A stretch of DNA of 64,000 nt, taken from an uncultured Bacilli bacterium. Lineage in GTDB: Bacteria; Bacillota_I; Bacilli_A; ML615J-28; CAG-313. The stretch lies in NCBI GenBank assembly GCA_944326155.1, contig CALVCV010000001.1, forward strand, positions 12,409 to 76,408, read 5' to 3'. Both the position numbers and the translations under genes were made by a program. The notes beneath the pieces are model-generated. The model was not told the origin of the DNA. It searched no databases and saw only the letters and a list, made by a program, of their open reading frames with translations. Shown one piece after another: positions 28,874 through 38,177 of this stretch; within the stretch, counting starts at the first letter, position 1, and every line of letters begins with the position of its first letter.

Positions 28874-29452
28874 ATGATAATTTATTTTATTATTATCAGT
28901 ATCACTTTGGTGTACATTGCTTTATTCAATGGCTTAATAGGCATTAATTTATACACATATGATTGGTTTTTTGTCATAAAAATTACACTACTGAATATTC
29001 TAGTTATTTTTTTAATAGATGCTTTTTTAGCATTTGTGATACATAAACTTCCTTTAAGATGGTTTGACCATCGAAAAAAATGTTTTCACATTTTCAAATG
29101 GGAAAGAAAGTTTTATGAAAAGATAAAAATAAAAAAATGGAAAGATCATATTCCAGAACTTGGAACCCTTGCAAATTTTCGTAAAAACAAAGTGTTAGAA
29201 CCTAACAATAACATTTATGTTCAAAAATTTTTGACTGAATGTTGCTATGGAGAAATGATTCATTTTTTATCCATTATCTTTGGTATTCTTATTATTTTTA
29301 TTGCTCCAAAATATTTTTTACTATTAGGGTTTCCAGTAGTAGTAGCTAATGCGTTAATTAATTATCTATCTTTTGCTATATTACGCTATACAAGACCTAA
29401 ATTGTTGCAATTATATAAACGTAATTGTCGAAAGGAGAAAACTAATTTATAA
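28874..29452 (+). CDS. Hypothetical polytopic membrane protein (co-operonic with the GT8 and acyltransferase genes)
   Basis: 192 aa with 4 predicted TM helices. 1-nt gap to the upstream gene. Confidence 0.5.
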   Translation: MIIYFIIISITLVYIALFNGLIGINLYTYDWFFVIKITLLNILVIFLIDAFLAFVIHKLPLRWFDHRKKCFHIFKWERKFYEKIKIKKWKDHIPELGTLANFRKNKVLEPNNNIYVQKFLTECCYGEMIHFLSIIFGILIIFIAPKYFLLLGFPVVVANALINYLSFAILRYTRPKLLQLYKRNCRKEKTNL

Positions 29453-29697
29453 TAAAAAGCAATAGAATTGTTTTGATGGTTAGCAAATGATATAATAGTG
29501 ATGTACAGATATAGGAGGAGACACTCATCACTAAAAACGATGTACAAAATCAATCTAAATAAAGTATGTTTGTCATTTTTAATTTAGATTAATGTATTAC
29601 GCTTGAAAAATAGATGCTAAAAATTAAAATAATATTTTTAAGACGTTCATCGTATAAAAATTTAAGGAATAACCTATTCTTTATGAGGAGTTATATG

Positions 29698-30459
29698 AAC
29701 AAAATTATTCAAGTAATCGATGAAAAAGGTAATACATATTCATCCACTTATGTTAAACGTGCAAAAGGCTTAATTAAAAAAAATCGAGCATTTTGGGTGG
29801 ATGAAGATACCATCTGCCTAAAAATGCCTCAAGAAAAATTGGAGGTAAATATGAACATTAATGATCTTGATAAAATGCTTGCATTATTACAAGCGAACAA
29901 TTCTGCCATTCGTAGTACAAACAGACCCAATTCGTATGCTTCAGCAATTATACTTGTTGATACCTATAATGAAATAGTTTTGAGTTTAAAAAATTTTGCT
30001 TTTGACCTTCCTAAAAATTTAGAATCTATTGATACAAAAAAATATATTGGTCAACCTACAAGTGAAATTCAAGAGATGGTTCAAATAGTTTTTAATAAAG
30101 GGACCCTTCTTTACTCATTATTAAAATTTGAACGTGAAAAAATGAATCCTTTTCCTAAAATGGAAGAAAAAACAGAAAACTTTGATAAAAATAGTTTTGT
30201 TAAAGATATTCAAGACTTTGCAAATAAAGCAGTTAATTTTGGTATGAATGTAAGTAATGAAGTAATGAAAAATTTAGACTTTGATAAATTAAATGAGGAA
30301 ATTGAAGAGAAGTTAAAAAATAAAAATTTTCGAATTAATCCAAATGATATTGTAAACAATCTTAATAAAGATGATGAAGATTTTGATGTATCAATTGACG
30401 ATGAAGAAAAAGATAATTTAGATGAAGAAGTGAAAGAAAATAATTTATCAAATAATTAA
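29698..30459 (+). CDS. Hypothetical acidic protein (Asp/Glu/Lys-rich C-terminus)
   Basis: ATG 29698 with GAGGAG RBS; the ORF-track start 29614 lacks an RBS. No recognisable domain. Confidence 0.5.
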   Translation, partial: NKIIQVIDEKGNTYSSTYVKRAKGLIKKNRAFWVDEDTICLKMPQEKLEVNMNINDLDKMLALLQANNSAIRSTNRPNSYASAIILVDTYNEIVLSLKNFAFDLPKNLESIDTKKYIGQPTSEIQEMVQIVFNKGTLLYSLLKFEREKMNPFPKMEEKTENFDKNSFVKDIQDFANKAVNFGMNVSNEVMKNLDFDKLNEEIEEKLKNKNFRINPNDIVNNLNKDDEDFDVSIDDEEKDNLDEEVKENNLSNN

Positions 30460-30464
30460 GAAAA

Positions 30465-30506
30465 AACGCACTATGGGAATACTATAGTGCGTTAGTGCGT
30501 TTTTTA
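30465..30506 (+). terminator. Rho-independent terminator
   Basis: Stem cgcactat / atagtgcg (30467-30491), then T6. Confidence 0.7.
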
Positions 30507-30545
30507 ATAAGTTATAAAAAATAATTTCAATTTATTTGCAATATT

Positions 30546-30574
30546 TACATAAATATAGTATAATATATTTGTTG
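30546..30574 (+). promoter_or_regulatory. sigma-A promoter for the rplU operon
   Basis: TTGCAA (30546-51), 17-nt spacer, TATAAT (30569-74). Confidence 0.6.
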
Positions 30575-30579
30575 TTATG

Positions 30580-30664
30580 TCTAGCAACCGCTCAAAAAGG
30601 GTTTACAAGTGATTAATCCACCCTACTGGCGTGTCTTAAAAATATTTATGAGGAGGTAATTTAG
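30580..30664 (+). promoter_or_regulatory. rplU 5' leader (L21-leader-like cis-regulatory RNA)
   Basis: About 90-nt structured leader (gcaaccgctcaaaaagggtttacaagtgattaatccaccctactggcgtgtc...) between the promoter and the rplU RBS. Position and length match the Firmicute L21 leader element. Assignment is from context, not from a covariance model. Confidence 0.35.
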
Positions 30665-30964
30665 ATGTACGCAATTTTTGTTACTGGCGGTAAACAATAC
30701 CGTGCAGCAGAAGGTGACACTATTTATGTTGAAAAACTAGATGGTGAAGCAGGTCAAGAAGTCGTTTTTGATCAAGTTTTACTTGTAGGCGATAAAGTAG
30801 GTACACCCCTTGTTAAAGGTGCCAAAGTAACTGGAACCATTGAAAAACAAGGTCGTGGCAAAAAAATTATTGTTTTCAAATACAAGTCTAAAAAGAATTA
30901 TCATAAAAAACAAGGTCATCGTCAAGCATATACAAAAGTTTTGATTAATACTATTTCTGAATAA
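30665..30964 (+). CDS. rplU: 50S ribosomal protein L21
   Basis: [25 protein letters not shown] is canonical L21. Confidence 0.95.
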   Translation: MYAIFVTGGKQYRAAEGDTIYVEKLDGEAGQEVVFDQVLLVGDKVGTPLVKGAKVTGTIEKQGRGKKIIVFKYKSKKNYHKKQGHRQAYTKVLINTISE

Positions 30965-30971
30965 TTTTCAA

Positions 30972-31313
30972 ATGATACAAGTTTTTTTAGTTAAAGATGA
31001 TAATTTATGGACAAAGTTGGAAGTGACTGGTCATGCAGACTATGCCGATTATGGCAAAGATATAGTGTGCGCAGGTATTTCAACTGCTGTATTGATGAGT
31101 ATAAATCTACTTGAAAGAATTATACCTAATTGTTTTGATTTGATTCAAAATGAAAAAAAAGGATATATCAGCTTGACTCATTTACAATATAATAATCTAG
31201 AAAAGGAAACTATTTCTTTTGTAAATACTATTTTTGAAAATTTGAAAGATACACTTTTAGACTTTCAAGCGAGTTATCCTAATAATTTACTTATAAAAAT
31301 TGAAAATAAATAA
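30972..31313 (+). CDS. prp: Ribosomal-processing cysteine protease Prp (YsxB/DUF464)
   Basis: Prp family with catalytic His/Cys context ([21 protein letters not shown]); lies between rplU and rpmA. Confidence 0.85.
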   Translation: MIQVFLVKDDNLWTKLEVTGHADYADYGKDIVCAGISTAVLMSINLLERIIPNCFDLIQNEKKGYISLTHLQYNNLEKETISFVNTIFENLKDTLLDFQASYPNNLLIKIENK

Positions 31314-31326
31314 TAGGAGGTTCATC

Positions 31327-31608
31327 ATGATAAGACTGAATTTACAATTTTTTGCATCTAAAAAAGGTGTTAGTTCTACTAAAAATGGTCGTGACTCTGA
31401 GTCTAAACGTTTAGGTGCTAAATTATCTGATGGTCAATTTGCCACTGCTGGTTCTATTATCTATCGTCAAAGAGGTACAAAAGTTCATCCAGGTAAGAAT
31501 GTTGGTCTCGGAAAAGATGATACATTGTTTTGTATGATTGATGGTATTGTTAAATATGAACGCAAAGGTAAAGATAAAAAACAAGTTTCTGTATACCCAG
31601 TGGAATAA
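31327..31608 (+). CDS. rpmA: 50S ribosomal protein L27, with Prp-cleavable N-terminal extension
   Basis: [30 protein letters not shown]... N-terminal propeptide ends in FF before ASKKG, as in S. aureus and B. subtilis. RBS aggagg. Start 31327 rather than the ORF-track 31300. Confidence 0.9.
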   Translation: MIRLNLQFFASKKGVSSTKNGRDSESKRLGAKLSDGQFATAGSIIYRQRGTKVHPGKNVGLGKDDTLFCMIDGIVKYERKGKDKKQVSVYPVE

Positions 31609-31624
31609 TTTTGACAATTCATAC

Positions 31625-31655
31625 GCACTTGTGATTTTACAAGTGCTTTTATTTT
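31625..31655 (+). terminator. Rho-independent terminator after rpmA
   Basis: Stem gcacttgt / acaagtgc, loop gatttt, then TTTTATTTT. Confidence 0.65.
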
Positions 31656-31675
31656 ATTAGAAAAGAGGTGAAGAT

Positions 31676-32953
31676 ATGTTTGTTGATAGCGTAAAAATAC
31701 ATGTTAAAGCAGGTGATGGTGGAAATGGCGGATCATTTTTTCTTCATGAAAAATATGTAGCGATGGGTGGCCCATCAGGCGGAAATGGTGGTCGTGGCGG
31801 TAGCATTATTTTTGTTGGCGATGAAGGACTTTCAACTTTATTAGATTTTCGATATACTAGAATTATCAAAGCAGAACGTGGACAAAACGGAATGGATAAA
31901 AATATGTTTGGTAAAGCAGGTAAGGATGTATACGTAAAAGTACCAATAGGTACAACCATCCTTGATGCCAATACAAATGTTGTTATTGGTGATGTAACCA
32001 AACATGCACAAGAAGTTGTTGTTGCCGAAGGAGGCAGAGGAGGTAAAGGAAATGCTGCTTTTGCAACATCAAGAAATCCTGCTCCTGAATATGCAGAAAA
32101 AGGCGTGCCAGGTGTTGAACGTGACTTACAGTTAGAATTAAAAGTACTTGCAGATGTAGGACTCGTAGGATTTCCATCTGTTGGTAAATCAACACTCATA
32201 TCCGTTGTATCACAAGCCAAACCTAAAATTGCATCGTATCATTTTACAACTCTACATCCTAATCTTGGTGTAGTTGGTGTTGGAGATGGTAGAAGTTTTG
32301 TAATTGCTGACTTACCAGGATTAATCGAAGGTGCTTCAATGGGTGCTGGCCTTGGCATTAAGTTTTTGAAACATATTGAAAGAACCCGAGTAATTGTCCA
32401 TGTCATTGATATGAGTGGTATGGAAGGCAGAAATCCTGTTGAAGATTATCAAAAGATTCGCAATGAATTATTACAATACGATGAAAATTTAGGTAGTAGA
32501 CCTGAAATTGTCGTTGCCAATAAAATGGATTTACCTTCATCTAATGAAAATTTATCAAAATTTATAGCAAAAACTGGTATTCAAGATGTAGTTCCAATTT
32601 CTGCTTATACAAAAACTAATTTAAAACAATTGGTTTACAAAATTGCAAATACTCTTGATGAAGTAAAAAAATTAAAGCCACTCGAAGAAAATTTACAAGA
32701 AGTAGTAGAATATAATTTTATTCCCAAAAAACCTGATTTTGAAATATACCGTTCAGATGACGGATATTATCACGTTGTAGGTGAAGGTGTGAAAAAAATT
32801 TTTGAGCGCACGAATTTTGAGAATGAAGCAAGTGTACGATTTTTTGCAAAAAAATTACGGGATATGGGTGTTGATAAAAAACTAAAAGAATTAGGCGTTA
32901 AAAATAATGATACTGTTTATATTTTTGATTACATATTTGAATTTATTGATTAA
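31676..32953 (+). CDS. obg: GTPase Obg/CgtA
   Basis: N-terminal Gly-rich Obg fold (GDGGNGG), G-domain motifs GFPSVGKST, DLPG, NKMD, and C-terminal OCT domain. Confidence 0.95.
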   Translation: MFVDSVKIHVKAGDGGNGGSFFLHEKYVAMGGPSGGNGGRGGSIIFVGDEGLSTLLDFRYTRIIKAERGQNGMDKNMFGKAGKDVYVKVPIGTTILDANTNVVIGDVTKHAQEVVVAEGGRGGKGNAAFATSRNPAPEYAEKGVPGVERDLQLELKVLADVGLVGFPSVGKSTLISVVSQAKPKIASYHFTTLHPNLGVVGVGDGRSFVIADLPGLIEGASMGAGLGIKFLKHIERTRVIVHVIDMSGMEGRNPVEDYQKIRNELLQYDENLGSRPEIVVANKMDLPSSNENLSKFIAKTGIQDVVPISAYTKTNLKQLVYKIANTLDEVKKLKPLEENLQEVVEYNFIPKKPDFEIYRSDDGYYHVVGEGVKKIFERTNFENEASVRFFAKKLRDMGVDKKLKELGVKNNDTVYIFDYIFEFID

Positions 32954-32987
32954 TTAAAAAAAGCATATACTTAATAGGAGGTAAGAT

Positions 32988-33581
32988 ATGACTAAACACG
33001 AAAGAATTCAAAAAATTTCTTTAACTGCAATTTTAGCATCGCTAGTTGTTGTAGTGGCATTTATACCAATTAAAACATTAGGTTTGGAAATTACTCTTAC
33101 AATTATCCCGATAGCGATTGGTGCTATAATTGGTGGACCATATGTAGGATTAATTTTAGGGACAATTTTTGGCTTTGTTAGTTTTTTTCAATGCCTTGGC
33201 TATAGCCCTTTTGGGGAAGTCCTTTTTTCAATTAACCCTTTTTTGACTTTTCTTGTCTGCGTTCCTACTAGAATGCTTGCAGGATGGCTACCTGGGCTAC
33301 TTTATAAGTTGATTGCAAAAAGTGGGAATAAGACATTAGCTAGTGCAATCGCTTGTTTTCTGATGCCCTTTTTAAATACCATCCTTTTCATGACTATGCT
33401 AGTCATTTGTTTTTACCAAACAGACTATATTCAAGAATTGGCAAATATGCTTAAAGCAGCGAATCCACTGACCTTTGTTATTCTATTTGTGGGTATAAAT
33501 GGACTCATTGAAATGCTATGTGGCATGTTAATTTCTTTTCCAGTAACGAAAGCCTTAGACTATGTTATCAATCAAAAATAA
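32988..33581 (+). CDS. ECF-transporter S-component-like small membrane protein
   Basis: 197 aa with 5-6 TM helices and a Gly-rich TM1 (IGAIIGGPYVGLILGTIFG), typical of ECF substrate-capture components. Substrate unknown; no riboswitch upstream. Confidence 0.45.
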   Translation: MTKHERIQKISLTAILASLVVVVAFIPIKTLGLEITLTIIPIAIGAIIGGPYVGLILGTIFGFVSFFQCLGYSPFGEVLFSINPFLTFLVCVPTRMLAGWLPGLLYKLIAKSGNKTLASAIACFLMPFLNTILFMTMLVICFYQTDYIQELANMLKAANPLTFVILFVGINGLIEMLCGMLISFPVTKALDYVINQK

Positions 33582-33592
33582 TTATATAAAAA

Positions 33593-33627
33593 AAAGATAA
33601 ATTATGCCTAATTTATCTTTTTTTATA
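33593..33627 (+). terminator. Rho-independent terminator
   Basis: Stem aaagataaatt / aatttatcttt, loop atgcct, then T7. Confidence 0.7.
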
Positions 33628-33669
33628 GGAAAAATTGAATAAGTAAAGCATAAAAAAATTATCCAAAAA

Positions 33670-33698
33670 GTGACAAAATTTTAAAACTATGCTATAAT
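33670..33698 (+). promoter_or_regulatory. sigma-A promoter for mutS-mutL-miaA
   Basis: gTGACA (33670-75), 17-nt spacer, extended -10 tgcTATAAT (33693-98). Confidence 0.5.
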
Positions 33699-33724
33699 TA
33701 TTTTAAAATTACGAGGAAAACTAT

Positions 33725-36307
33725 ATGTACGAAAAAATAGATAAAAACAAATATACGCCAATGATGAGACAATACCTAGAAATTAAAGAAAATTATCCGG
33801 ATACTTTAGTCTTTTTTAGACTTGGTGACTTCTATGAAATGTTTTTTAATGATGCTATTGTCGCTAGTAGAGAATTAGAAATCGTTCTTACAGGAAGAGA
33901 TGCAGGTGTAAATAATGATCGTGTTCCGATGTGTGGTGTACCTTATCACGCGGTTAATGCTTACATTGAAAAATTGACAGATAAAGGATATAAAGTTGCC
34001 ATTGTTGAACAATTAGAAGAACCAGGGGGAAAAAAAATAGTTCAAAGAGATGTAATTAAAATTGTCACACCTGGTACAAATATAGATGAAAACTACCTAA
34101 ATGATAAGACCAACAACTATATTGGTGCTATCGAAAAAATCAATCAATGCTATTTATTAAGCTATATTGATCTATCAACCGGTGATGCTTCAGTGATTGA
34201 GTTTCCCTCTCATATAGAACTCGTCTATAATGAGATTCAAAAACTTTCAATTAAAGAAATTGTTTTAAGTAAGAACATTGATAAAAATATTCAAATAACA
34301 CTTTCAAAATTGTATGGTATTTTAGTATCCGTTTTTGAAGAAATAACTGTTGATAATTATTTAGATAGTTTATTTGCAAATGTCAAAAAGGAACACCTTA
34401 GCGGATGTAAACGATTAATTGCTTATATTATTAAAACGCAAAAACGTGTTCTTGTTCACTTACAAGAGTTTAAATATTATGAATCAAAAGATTATTTAAA
34501 ATTAGACAATAATGCAGTAAAAAACTTAGAACTAATAGAATCTCTTAAAGGGAATCGTTTTAAAAATACTTTGTTCTCAATTCTAGATAAATGTTCAACT
34601 GCTATGGGTTCACGATTTCTGAAAAAAAATTTATTATATCCTCTTGTCAACCTCAAAAAAATCACTCAACGTCAAGATTTAATTGAAACATTTATCAAGA
34701 ATTTTTTGGTTACTGAAGATGTCAAAAATGACCTCTTTGAAATCTATGATTTAGAAAGAATTGTAGGTCGTATTAGCTATGGCTCACTTAGTCCTAAAGA
34801 TTTAATTCAACTAAAAAAATCGATAAGTGTATTACCTAATATTAAAAAAAATCTTCAAAAATTGAATGTTATTGTCGCTTCACAGAAAGCGAGTGAAATA
34901 ATTACCTTCGAAAAATTATTCGACCTCTTAGATAGAGCAATTCGCGAGGATAGTGGTTATTCTTTAAAAGACGGCGGTGTAATTAAAGATGGTTTCAATG
35001 AAGAATTAGATCAAATTAAACATATTAGTTCGACAAATAAAGAATTTTTAATTAATTTAGAAAAACGTGAACGTGACAAAACTGGCATCAAGACCCTTAA
35101 AGTTGCTTACAATAAAGTGTTTGGTTATTATATCGAAATTACAAAGTCATATCTTTCTCAAGTAAAACCTGAATTTGGATATATTCGAAAACAAACAACA
35201 AGTAATTCTGAACGTTTTATTACTGAAGAATTAAAGGAAAGAGAAACATTAATTTTACGATCAGATGAAAGAACATTAGAATTAGAAAATGAAATTTTTA
35301 ATTCCATTCGCAATGAATGTAAAAATTACATTCATGAATTACAAAATGTTGCAAAAGTAATCTCTGAATTAGATATGCTCATTGCTTTAGCGAACGTAGC
35401 TAGAACAAATAAATACATAAGACCATCCTTCTCTTTATATGATGAAATGATTATCGAAAATGGTCGTCATCCTGTAATTGAAGCTGTAAATGAAAAAGAA
35501 TTTATTTCGAATGATTTAAATTTATTTAATAATGACAAAATTCTTCTTATTACAGGTCCTAATATGAGTGGTAAATCAACATATATGAGACAAAATGCTT
35601 TGATTGTTATTATGGCGCAAATTGGTTCTTTTGTTCCTGCAAATTATGCTAAACTACCAATTTTTGATCAAATATTTACAAGAATAGGTTCAAGTGATGA
35701 TATTGCAAGTGGTGAATCAACCTTCATGACAGAAATGCTTGAAGTAAATTATGCCCTCAGTAATGCTACAATGCGTAGTTTAATTATTTTAGATGAAGTG
35801 GGAAGAGGTACTGCTACTTTTGATGGCATGGCTCTTGCTCAAGCAATTATAGAATATATTCATAATGAGATTGGCGCAAAGACATTATTTTCTACCCATT
35901 ATCATGAGTTAACTGCTCTTGAAGATACTCTTTCTGGATTGAAAAATGTTCATGTAGAAGCCACTGTTGGTAGTGAATATGGCGATATTGTTTTCTTACA
36001 TAAAGTATTAGATGGTCCATCTGATCAAAGCTATGGCATTAATGTAGCATCTCTTGCTAATCTTCCTTTTGATGTTACAAATAGAGCAAGAGATATATTA
36101 AATAAATTAGAAAGAAAACAAGTTTATGATAAAAATCTTTTATCAATTCAAAACTATCAGAAACCTCTTATTCAATATGTTGAAAAAACTAACCCAGTCC
36201 ATACTAAACTTATCGATTATTTAAATAATATGGATGTTGATAATATGAAACCTATTGAAGCATTACTCGAACTTTCCAAGATAAAAGAGGAATTAAAAAA
36301 TGAATAA
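33725..36307 (+). CDS. mutS: DNA mismatch repair protein MutS
   Basis: Walker A GPNMSGKSTYMRQ and MutS domain order; 860 aa. Confidence 0.95.
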   Translation: MYEKIDKNKYTPMMRQYLEIKENYPDTLVFFRLGDFYEMFFNDAIVASRELEIVLTGRDAGVNNDRVPMCGVPYHAVNAYIEKLTDKGYKVAIVEQLEEPGGKKIVQRDVIKIVTPGTNIDENYLNDKTNNYIGAIEKINQCYLLSYIDLSTGDASVIEFPSHIELVYNEIQKLSIKEIVLSKNIDKNIQITLSKLYGILVSVFEEITVDNYLDSLFANVKKEHLSGCKRLIAYIIKTQKRVLVHLQEFKYYESKDYLKLDNNAVKNLELIESLKGNRFKNTLFSILDKCSTAMGSRFLKKNLLYPLVNLKKITQRQDLIETFIKNFLVTEDVKNDLFEIYDLERIVGRISYGSLSPKDLIQLKKSISVLPNIKKNLQKLNVIVASQKASEIITFEKLFDLLDRAIREDSGYSLKDGGVIKDGFNEELDQIKHISSTNKEFLINLEKRERDKTGIKTLKVAYNKVFGYYIEITKSYLSQVKPEFGYIRKQTTSNSERFITEELKERETLILRSDERTLELENEIFNSIRNECKNYIHELQNVAKVISELDMLIALANVARTNKYIRPSFSLYDEMIIENGRHPVIEAVNEKEFISNDLNLFNNDKILLITGPNMSGKSTYMRQNALIVIMAQIGSFVPANYAKLPIFDQIFTRIGSSDDIASGESTFMTEMLEVNYALSNATMRSLIILDEVGRGTATFDGMALAQAIIEYIHNEIGAKTLFSTHYHELTALEDTLSGLKNVHVEATVGSEYGDIVFLHKVLDGPSDQSYGINVASLANLPFDVTNRARDILNKLERKQVYDKNLLSIQNYQKPLIQYVEKTNPVHTKLIDYLNNMDVDNMKPIEALLELSKIKEELKNE

Positions 36308-38177
36308 TAGACCTAAAATTATTGAATTATCTACGGAACTAACTAATATGATTGCGGCAGGCGAAGTCATTGAACGTCCTGCAAGTATTGTAAAAGAGTT
36401 AGTTGAAAATAGTATTGATGCTGATGCAACTACTATTCGTATCGATTTGGTAAGCGCAGGCATTGATAAAATTACGATTATCGATAATGGAATTGGTATG
36501 AATGCAGAAGACATTTCACTTGCAATTAAACCTCATGCAACAAGTAAAATCAAAAGTTTTAACGACCTTTTTGCTATTAGGACTCTTGGTTTTAGAGGAG
36601 AAGCTTTACCATCAATTGCTTCCATATCGCATATCGAAATTACTTCATCAATTAATGGCTATGAAGGCTACACAAAAGTCTACGAATTTAATCGTTTGCT
36701 TGAGGAAAAATTAACAAGTTTTCCAAGAGGTACTAAGATTGAAGTAAGTAAAATATTTCATAATACTCCTGCAAGACTAAAACATTTAAGTAGTGAGCAA
36801 GTTGAACTTTCTCATACGATGCAACTTATTACCAAGTTAAGCCTTGCATACCCTCAAATTGCTTTTATACTAACTAATAATGGTAAAGTCTTTTTTGCAA
36901 CCGATGGTTCAAATGATTTTGACTTAATTATAAAAGAGATATACGGATCAGAAATCGCTAAATCAATGATTGCTTTTGAGGAAAAAAGTAGCCTTTATCA
37001 AATTAAAGGTTATACTTCAAATATTTCTGTTTTTCGTTCAAATAAAAATGCAATCAATCTCATTATCAATCATCGAATTATTAAGAATCAAAACTTGATT
37101 TATGCGATTATTGATGCTTATAAAAGTTATCTACCAATCGGTAAGTATCCAATCGTCGTTTTAGAAATTATCGCCAATCCTAGTTATGTAGATGTCAATG
37201 TACATCCAACCAAACTTGAGGTGCGTTTTACCGATGAACGAGAACTTCGTAATTTAATTACTGAAACCATCAAGAATGTTCTTAGGAATACTCAATTGAT
37301 TTATGAAGTCAATTTAGATGAAGTAGCAACTAGTATTCCTTCTATTAAAAATAATTTTAAAAAAGAAGAAGATAGACCTCTTAATAAGCCGGTTAAGACA
37401 TTGATGAACTGGGATGATTTTCCATCTAGTGTAGCTGTTGAATTGAAGACTGATATAAAGCCTGATGATAAAGTAACAATTAATGATGACGATATTTTTA
37501 CTTATCAAGAAAAAAATATCAACACGTCAGTATTTATAAAAGAGGAAATCAAACAACCAAAAATGAATTTTGAAAATGATGAAAACAACAATTTTTTTCA
37601 AAGTTTGGAGTACATTGGCCAATATGATTTAACTTATTTAATTTTTCAAAAAGATAGCAATTTATATTTGATTGATCAACATGCGGCAATGGAAAGAATT
37701 ATGTACGAAAAAATTAGTAGTAGTTTTACTACCCAAACGTCTGAGTTTTATGAATTGCTTGTACCACTTACCATAAATTTACCAATTTTTGAAATCAATT
37801 TACTTGAGAATAAAAAAATTGAACTGGCTAAGATGCATATTGAATATGAACTATTTGATAAAAATACTGTTATCATACGAAAAGTACCACTTTGGATTCC
37901 AGCAAACCATGAACGTGAATTTATCAGTGATATCTTCAATTATCTTTTACAAAATAAAAGTGTTGATAGAAGTCTTATGTATGATGAAATCGCTAAACTA
38001 TTAAGTTGTAAAAAATCCATTAAAGCGAATATGTTGATTCATATTGATGAAGTACGACAGTTATTGAATGATTTAGACCATTGTCAAAACCCTTATACTT
38101 GTCCACATGGTAGACCAACAGTTATTCATTTTTCCCAATATGAGATTGAAAAACTTTTTAAGAGGGTAGGAAATTGA
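36300..38177 (+). CDS. mutL: DNA mismatch repair protein MutL
   Basis: GHKL ATPase N-terminus MIAAGEVIERPASIVKELVENSIDA. 8-nt overlap with mutS. Confidence 0.95.
   Translation: MNNRPKIIELSTELTNMIAAGEVIERPASIVKELVENSIDADATTIRIDLVSAGIDKITIIDNGIGMNAEDISLAIKPHATSKIKSFNDLFAIRTLGFRGEALPSIASISHIEITSSINGYEGYTKVYEFNRLLEEKLTSFPRGTKIEVSKIFHNTPARLKHLSSEQVELSHTMQLITKLSLAYPQIAFILTNNGKVFFATDGSNDFDLIIKEIYGSEIAKSMIAFEEKSSLYQIKGYTSNISVFRSNKNAINLIINHRIIKNQNLIYAIIDAYKSYLPIGKYPIVVLEIIANPSYVDVNVHPTKLEVRFTDERELRNLITETIKNVLRNTQLIYEVNLDEVATSIPSIKNNFKKEEDRPLNKPVKTLMNWDDFPSSVAVELKTDIKPDDKVTINDDDIFTYQEKNINTSVFIKEEIKQPKMNFENDENNNFFQSLEYIGQYDLTYLIFQKDSNLYLIDQHAAMERIMYEKISSSFTTQTSEFYELLVPLTINLPIFEINLLENKKIELAKMHIEYELFDKNTVIIRKVPLWIPANHEREFISDIFNYLLQNKSVDRSLMYDEIAKLLSCKKSIKANMLIHIDEVRQLLNDLDHCQNPYTCPHGRPTVIHFSQYEIEKLFKRVGN

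Noticed and set aside
29509-29601. 30-codon ORF (MYRYRRRHSSLKTMYKINLNKVCLSFLI) in the leader upstream of 29698
   Set aside because: It may just be the sequence of a structured leader. No strong RBS and arginine-rich low complexity. Kept only as a note inside the leader finding.
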